Notes under the pieces: generated by a model | Seen by the model: only the letters and a program-made list of their open reading frames with translations | Databases searched by the model: none | What the model was told of the DNA's origin: nothing | Shown here: piece after piece, positions 58,144 to 64,000 of the stretch | Position numbering within the stretch: the stretch's first letter is position 1 | Layout of the letters: each line of letters begins with the position of its first letter | Program-made: the position numbers and the translations under genes | Origin: an uncultured Candidatus Rokubacteria bacterium | GTDB taxonomy: Bacteria; Methylomirabilota; Methylomirabilia; Rokubacteriales; CSP1-6 | NCBI GenBank assembly: GCA_963758635.1 | Contig: CAVWWD010000006.1 | Coordinates: forward strand, 96,001-160,000 | Length of the DNA: 64,000 nucleotides | Direction of reading: 5' to 3'

Positions 58144-59135
58144 GAGCGAGGCACCCACAGGAGCGACGACACCTCGCCGAACTCGCGCCAGAGCTTGCGC
58201 CAGGTCTCGCCGCCGTCGTCGCTCCGGTAGAGATAGCCGTAGCGGCTGGCCGCGAGCACGACGTCGGGCGCGCCGGCGGGGACGGTCACCGTCCACACCG
58301 CGGAGTTCGGCTGCACGGGCAGGCCCAGGCTCTGCCACGTGAGGCCGGCGTCGCGCGAGCGCATCACGGTGCCGATGCGTCCCGGCGTGGAGTCGCCGAC
58401 GGTGACGTACACGGTCTTCGGGTCGTCGGGCTTGACGGCGATGCCGCGCGGGTAGTGCCAGGGGAACACCTCGCGCGCGCGCGCCGGCTGCCACGTGGCG
58501 CCGTCGTCGGTGCTGCGCCACACGTCGTCGTTGACCACGGTGAACACCGTCTTGGGCGGCCCGGCCACGACGAGGACGTTGTGCACGTCCTGGTTGGGGA
58601 TCTGGCCGTTCACCTTCGTCCACGTGGCGCCGCCGTCGGCGCTGTGCCGGACGCCGTCCACCTCGAGGCCCACCCACACGTGGCGGTGATCGGCGGGATC
58701 GATGGCGATGCCCGTGGGCCGCGGGATCCCGACGTTGGGGCAGTCCCGGGCGATGTCGACGGCGAGCTGCCGCCACGTCTTCCCGGCGTCGGTCGAGCGG
58801 TAGATGCCGGGCGGGCTGGGCGTGCCGGTGCCGGCGAACACCACGTCGGGATCGGCGGGATCGACGGCGATGCTCCACACCATCGCGCCGTTCATGGGCG
58901 TGTCGAGGCGGCGCCAGCTCCCGCCGCCGTCGTCGCTCGCGTAGAGGCCCTGATCCGTGCCCGCGTACACGTGGCCGGGACGCCACGGGTCCGCGGAGAG
59001 CGCCTTGACGATGCCGTCGGAGTGCATCCCCTGACGGACGCTGGCGCGCGTCCAGCTCTCGCCGTCGTCGGCGCTCATCATGACGCCCTGGCCGATCGTT
59101 CCCACCAGGATGGATCCCTGGACGTCATGGTCCAC
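58140..59135 (-). CDS. BNR/Asp-box beta-propeller protein (WD40/YVTN/sialidase-like)
   Basis: Repeated SxDxGxxW motifs. Confidence 0.82.
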   Translation of the reverse strand: MDHDVQGSILVGTIGQGVMMSADDGESWTRASVRQGMHSDGIVKALSADPWRPGHVYAGTDQGLYASDDGGGSWRRLDTPMNGAMVWSIAVDPADPDVVFAGTGTPSPPGIYRSTDAGKTWRQLAVDIARDCPNVGIPRPTGIAIDPADHRHVWVGLEVDGVRHSADGGATWTKVNGQIPNQDVHNVLVVAGPPKTVFTVVNDDVWRSTDDGATWQPARAREVFPWHYPRGIAVKPDDPKTVYVTVGDSTPGRIGTVMRSRDAGLTWQSLGLPVQPNSAVWTVTVPAGAPDVVLAASRYGYLYRSDDGGETWRKLWREFGEVSSLLWVPRS

Positions 59136-59228
59136 CTCCTGCCGTCGGTCTTCGATTAGGTCGTCCGGATAGGTCGGTTCCTCCGCGCGGGGATGATACC
59201 CCCGATCGACGGCGTGCGCCGGCGTGGG

Positions 59229-60227
59229 CTACGACCCGCCCGGCGCTCCGTTGCGCGCGCTCGCCAGCTCGACGATGTCCAGGATCGTCCGGGAGTAGGT
59301 GCGCCCCGACGCGCGGGCGCCTCGCATGAACTCCGCGCCGGAATGCAGGTAGGGATTGGGGTTCGCCTCGATGAGGTACACCTGGCCTCGGGGCGCGAGC
59401 CGGAAGTCGACGCGCGCGTAGTCGCGGAGGCCGAGGGCCTGGAAGGCGGTGACCGCGGCCCGACGCAGCGTCTCCGCCACCGCGGCGGGCAGGCGCGGCA
59501 CCCGCACCTTGCTCCCGCGGTAGGCGCGCGAGCCCTCGTCCCATTTCACCTCGGTGCCCGCGATCCGCGGGGTCCCCTTGGGCAGGTGGGAGAGGTCGAG
59601 CTCGACCGGGGGCAGCGCCTCCGGCGAGTCGTTGCCCATCACGCCCACGTAGATCTCCCGCCCCTCGATGTACTGCTCGATCAGGATGGGATGGTCGAAC
59701 TCGGCGTGGAGCTGGTCGATCCGCTCCATCAGCTCCTTGATGTTGCGCGCGAGGGCGTCGAAGCCGATCCCGATCGAGCCGTCCTCGCTCGCCGGCTTGA
59801 CGATCACCGGGAAGTCGATGTCCTGGGCCCAGTCCAGCCGCCCGCGCCAGACCGCGGCGAACCGTGGCATGGCGATCTCGTGGAAGCTCAGGATCTTCTT
59901 GGCGACGGCCTTGTCCATGGCCAGCGTCAGGCCGAGCGGGCCCGAGCCCGTGTAGCGGAGCCCCAGGAGGTCGTAGACCGCGGCGACGTGCGGCTCCTTG
60001 GTGTCGTCGCCCCCGAACGACTCCACCAGGTTGAAGACGAGGTCGGCCTTGACCTCGGCGAGGGCGCGCAGCGACTCCGACCCGCCCACGGCGACGCCCG
60101 CCACCTCGTGCCCGGCGCGCCGAAGCGCGGCGGCGATCTCCTGCACGTCCGACTTGCGGGCGCCGCGCGCGCCCCCGCGGGGGCGCGCGATGGCCTCGTC
60201 AAGCCCGTGCGCGATGACGATCCGCAT
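59229..60227 (-). CDS. D-Ala-D-Ala ligase-like ATP-grasp amide ligase
   Basis: VFNLVE, YTGS, MDK, IVKP..EDGSIG, EQYIEGRE, RVDFR, EANPNP. Confidence 0.85.
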   Translation of the reverse strand: MRIVIAHGLDEAIARPRGGARGARKSDVQEIAAALRRAGHEVAGVAVGGSESLRALAEVKADLVFNLVESFGGDDTKEPHVAAVYDLLGLRYTGSGPLGLTLAMDKAVAKKILSFHEIAMPRFAAVWRGRLDWAQDIDFPVIVKPASEDGSIGIGFDALARNIKELMERIDQLHAEFDHPILIEQYIEGREIYVGVMGNDSPEALPPVELDLSHLPKGTPRIAGTEVKWDEGSRAYRGSKVRVPRLPAAVAETLRRAAVTAFQALGLRDYARVDFRLAPRGQVYLIEANPNPYLHSGAEFMRGARASGRTYSRTILDIVELASARNGAPGGS

Positions 60228-61267
60228 GGGTGTCGCCTCCTCGCAGACGCGGGCGGCGCCGGGCGGCGCGCGGAAAGAAGCTGCCGTGGGTGAGGTGGTT
60301 CATGGCCAGCGTGGTGGCGTACGTCGTCAGCTCCACCAGCGCGGGGGCGTCCGACCCCGCGGCCAGGGTGAGCCCGCTGCGCGCCGCCGTGTCCTCGATC
60401 CGGTCGACGAGGGACCGCACCACGCTCCGTCGCACGCCGGTCCAGTACTCGATCTTGTTCACGAGCGTGGACCGGTTCTCGCGGAGGAACTCGACCGCCG
60501 GGCGGCCGCCCCGCCGGCGGCGTCCGAAGAGGTCGCGCAGGTCGTGCTCGAGCGTGACGTCGATGGGCTCCGGCTGGCCTTGCTGCTGGCGGAAGAACTC
60601 CTCGACCGTCATGTTCATCTCCTCCACCGTGATGTCGGTGGAGGCCAGGCGCACCGGCGGCTCGGTGTCGCCGAGCGCCCGCGCGGTGCGGTCGACGTAG
60701 GTGAGCTTGCCCATGGCGGGCCAGCCCCGGTAGCGGCGTCGCCACCGCGAGCCGGGCGTCAGCCACACCGCGAACGTCTCGGCGAAGTCCTCGTCCGGAT
60801 GCTTCTGCGCATACCAGCCCTCCATGTGGCGGACGAAGCGCCGGTCGAACGGCACCGGCCGATAGCGCTCTCGATACGGGCGGCTGAACGGGCCGAACCG
60901 CTCCCGCCACTCGGGCGTCTCGTAGAGCTTGTACGCGTAGTTGAACGCGTGCCCCGCCTCGTGGCGCAGGTACATGCGGATCTCGCGCGCGTCCTCCACC
61001 TCGTCGATCTCTTGCTCGAGCCGCGTGAGCTTCGCGTCGGCGAGATAGAAGGGGATCCCGATGATCGGCTCCTCGGACGGGCAGCCCCACTCGTCCGTCA
61101 GGTACGTCGGGGGCCGGAAGTGCTTGAGGCCCTTGCCGGGCGAGCTCGCGGTACAGCTCGCCGACGTAGCGCTCCATGGGCGACCCTTCGAGCTTGAGGC
61201 CGAGCGCGCTGATGCGCTCGGAGAGCAGCGGCTTCAGGTCAGGTGGGGCAGCCTCGAACCCGGCCAT
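60199..61267 (-). CDS. putative zinc-binding metallopeptidase (Peptidase_Mx-like); frameshift near 61140
   Basis: YLTDEWGCP, IPFYLA, HEAGH (HExxH), YAQKHPDEDFAETF. Confidence 0.8.
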
Positions 61268-61411
61268 CCTTCCTGTCTGGAGCAAGCGGGGTGCCACGGC
61301 CGGGCCCAGGGAATCGTCGGGTCTTTCATGGACTTATGGCGCAGAGGCGCAGCGAGGAAGGCGACGCCGAGAAGAAGTTACCCGCCCGGGCGCCTCGGGC
61401 TCCGCGCGGGT

Positions 61412-61921
61412 TCAGCCCGCCGGCGTGAGCCGAGGCCCGATGGGCTTGAGGACGCGAACCCCCGGCTGGCCGGCGAGTGGCTCGGCGGTGAGCCGCGGCA
61501 ACACGCCGAGGCCGCGCCGGGGCACGCTCCGATCCAGCCCCACCGCGTCCGTCCACGCGACCGACACGTGAGGGGGCACGCGCGCGCCGTCCTCCACCAC
61601 GACGAGGCGCGCGTCCATGGGCACGTCGGGCGTGTGATCCGCCGCGAAGAGGTTGCGGTGCCAGTTGCCCATCTTCGTCTGCCACTCGCCGGTGTTGCTC
61701 GGTCCCGCCTTGGCCCGGTAGGCGGGGCTGGTGAAGATGTCTCCCGAGTCGACCTCGTGGAGCGCGACGAACGGAGACTCCGCGGAATGGATCGCCTCGA
61801 ACCGCTGGCTGGCGCGGAAGCCCGGGATCGACAGGAGCCGGTGCTGATGCGAGACGTACCACGCATCCCACTCCGCGCGCCGCGCGGTATCCAGCAGCGC
61901 CATCTCGACCATGTAGATCAT
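61412..61921 (-). CDS. hypothetical protein (dimeric alpha-beta barrel/EthD-like)
   Basis: MIYMVE...WDAWY..H...LLSIPGFRASQRF. Confidence 0.6.
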   Translation of the reverse strand: MIYMVEMALLDTARRAEWDAWYVSHQHRLLSIPGFRASQRFEAIHSAESPFVALHEVDSGDIFTSPAYRAKAGPSNTGEWQTKMGNWHRNLFAADHTPDVPMDARLVVVEDGARVPPHVSVAWTDAVGLDRSVPRRGLGVLPRLTAEPLAGQPGVRVLKPIGPRLTPAG

Positions 61922-61926
61922 TGGCC

Positions 61927-61963
61927 GTCGGGGGGAGCGACCGCCGCTCCCCCCGACACCCCC
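61927..61963. repeat. REP-like GC hairpin
   Basis: GTCGGGGGGAGCG-accgc-CGCTCCCCCCGAC followed by ACCCCC. Confidence 0.55.
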
Positions 61964-62048
61964 ACCGGGAACGCTGCGCGCTTCCTGCTCGCGCTCTCGA
62001 TCGGCGCGTCGCGTCCACTCGACCATGGCTCGTCTCCTCCGGGCGTCC

Positions 62049-63014
62049 TCAGTGGGGCAGCCCGAGGACGATCTGGCTGTTGTGCTCGAGGATCCGGTCC
62101 GCGTCCTCGGCGGGCAGACCGCACTCGCGCACGTAGTGGAACGTCTGCCGGTACGTCTCGAACGCCATGAGGACGGGATAGTCGCTGCCCGCCACCAGGC
62201 GCTCGGCCCCGAAGGCCTTCCACGCGCAGAGGAGCGCGGCGTGCGAGCCGTGGCCCACCGTGTCGTAGTAGAAGCGGCGCGCCGTCACGCTCGGGCGCTC
62301 GGGCAGGTCGGGGTGCTGCCGCGGCGCCTGGTTGTCGAGCCGCTGGAGCTGCATCGGGATGATGCCGCCGAGGTGCGGGATCACGTAGGTGATGCGCGGG
62401 AAGCGCGCGGCGGTGTGCCGCGCGATCAGGTGGAGCACGATGGCGCTGTCCTCGAGCGAGGCGCCCACGGACACGGTGAAGCGGTAGTCGTTGATGAGCG
62501 GCGAGCAGATGCCGTTCTGGATCGGGTGGTAGTTCAGGACGGCGCCGCGGCGATTCATCTCCTCGTAGAGCGGCTCGAACTCGGCCTCGGCGGTGGAGCG
62601 GTCGAAGCACGAGCACGTCATCGACACCCCGAGCATGCCGAGGCGGTCGAGGCCGCGCTCCATCTCGCGGAGCGACGCGTCGATGTGGGGCAGCGGCAGC
62701 GACACGAAGGCGGCGAAGCGTCCGGGATGCTGCGCGGCGAGCTCGGCGTAGGCGTCGTTGATCAGCCGCGCCGCGGCCACCGCGTCGGCTTCCTTCTCCG
62801 CGTACGGCGGGCTCGCCGCCGGCGACAGCACCTGCATGCTCACGCCCGCGTCGTCCATCTGCGCGAGGCGCGCCGGGATGCCGGAGCCGTCGTCCTCGCG
62901 CATGGGCCGCGCCGTCAGCGCCCGCGCCGCCTCGGGCAGGCTCTTCCCGCCGATCCGCACGAGGATGTCGTTGTAGGCCTTCGGGAAATAGTGGGCGTGG
63001 ATGTCGACGATCAT
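62049..63014 (-). CDS. amidohydrolase_2 family protein
   Basis: VDIHAH, YHP, PHLGG, YYDT, GSDYP. Confidence 0.88.
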   Translation of the reverse strand: MIVDIHAHYFPKAYNDILVRIGGKSLPEAARALTARPMREDDGSGIPARLAQMDDAGVSMQVLSPAASPPYAEKEADAVAAARLINDAYAELAAQHPGRFAAFVSLPLPHIDASLREMERGLDRLGMLGVSMTCSCFDRSTAEAEFEPLYEEMNRRGAVLNYHPIQNGICSPLINDYRFTVSVGASLEDSAIVLHLIARHTAARFPRITYVIPHLGGIIPMQLQRLDNQAPRQHPDLPERPSVTARRFYYDTVGHGSHAALLCAWKAFGAERLVAGSDYPVLMAFETYRQTFHYVRECGLPAEDADRILEHNSQIVLGLPH

Positions 63015-63063
63015 CGGGCCCCTCCTCGGCCGGGGAACGTGGTGCGCTCGATAGTAAGCCTTG

Positions 63064-64000
63064 TCACGGCCAAGTCCATCGCCTCTCTGCCGAGTTAGAA
63101 GCGCCCATCCTGGGAGCCAGGGTGGACGCTGTTTCTTGTGGGAAGGCTGCCGAAAGACTCAGAGAGGATTGCGGATGGCGCGGTGCGAAGACTGACCTGG
63201 CTGGCGGGCAGTCGAGCGTGGCGAGCAGAAGGCGGTCGCTCGGTGCCTCCCCTGAGCCGGGGGTTGGAATGACATCTCTCACCATCACCAGTGAGACACG
63301 TTCCAGCCGGCGCTCCCGCTCGTTGCGAGCATTCCACTCTCGACACAGATACTCGAGCAGGGCCGGATGGGTCGCTTGGAAGGCCGGGTCGTGAATCCCC
63401 CTCCTGATGTGAAGTAGGTAGTTGGTCCAGCGAAACCCGCGCTGCGCCGACTGAAGATCCGAAGGCCTGCTCCAGTCCAGCGGGGCACGGCGCAGCACGT
63501 CGATCTCCGAACCATCCGCCAGCTGCCCCGGCACGACGACCCGGAGCCGGTCGCGCGGAATGACCGAAAACATCGCCCAGCCCTCTTGCAGGTGCAGGAG
63601 AACGGCGACCCTGTGCACTGATGCGGGGACCGCGTAGTGGGGCGTGCCATGGACGACCAGGCCGGTGACTGCGTAGGCGATCAGCACGATCAGATAGGCC
63701 AGGGGCACCAGGGCGAGTCTCTCTGACCAGCTGGCGGGTAGGGCGCGCTGTTCGCCGCGACTCGGCGCCTCGCGTCCAGCTCCGTGGCGCGCTGCGCGCA
63801 GCTCCCATATGGTCGAGGGTAGAAAGGCCAGCCAAGCTGCGAGCCCCACGAGCTGGAATACGCCAATCGCTTGGCAGAGCTGGAGGCCTAGGTGCAAGGA
63901 CCAAAAAAGCCCTACCGCTGTCAGGCGTGCGGCTCCGTTGCGCCAGGGCGAGAGCACGAGCAACGGTCCGACGATCTCCACCCACCTGACGGCGAAGGAG
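63064..64000 (-). CDS. HTTM-like membrane protein, 5' truncated by the window edge
   Basis: Hydrophobic helices with LH.G...IG.F; Q.W.MF; RW..Y; YLCREWN. Confidence 0.6.
   Translation of the reverse strand, partial: SFAVRWVEIVGPLLVLSPWRNGAARLTAVGLFWSLHLGLQLCQAIGVFQLVGLAAWLAFLPSTIWELRAARHGAGREAPSRGEQRALPASWSERLALVPLAYLIVLIAYAVTGLVVHGTPHYAVPASVHRVAVLLHLQEGWAMFSVIPRDRLRVVVPGQLADGSEIDVLRRAPLDWSRPSDLQSAQRGFRWTNYLLHIRRGIHDPAFQATHPALLEYLCREWNARNERERRLERVSLVMVRDVIPTPGSGEAPSDRLLLATLDCPPARSVFAPRHPQSSLSLSAAFPQETASTLAPRMGASNSAERRWTWP

Noticed and set aside
59229..60227. Housekeeping ddl or van-type resistance ligase
   Set aside because: Lacks the canonical Ddl N-terminal motif and has no mur or van gene context

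Overview
Very GC-rich bacterial window. The gene repertoire (amidohydrolase_2 paralogs, LLM, xanthine-dehydrogenase-family Mo enzyme, hydantoinase A/B) suggests a soil organism such as Ca. Rokubacteria/Methylomirabilota; this is inference only. The left part (1-27 kb) holds catabolic operons, a two-gene operon encoding a lipoprotein heme alpha-dioxygenase-like enzyme plus a lipoxygenase, an ECF sigma/ChrR-like pair, a MEDS histidine kinase and a vapBC locus. The centre (27-55 kb) is a complete type VI secretion cluster (vgrG, tssA-B-C-hcp-tagJ-tssE-F-G-H, tagH, tssJ-K-L-M-tagF). It has no visible PAAR, PpkA/PppA, effector or immunity genes, but it embeds two methyltransferases, a receiver protein and an unknown protein. 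The right part has hydrolases, a Zn-peptidase/ATP-grasp pair and a partial HTTM-like gene. Several families of short MITE/REP-like repeats fill the intergenic gaps; one family encodes 21-27 aa peptides, and three of its copies are translationally coupled to T6SS genes. Many genes carry single-base frameshifts that look like long-read sequencing errors. No rRNA, tRNA or CRISPR was seen.
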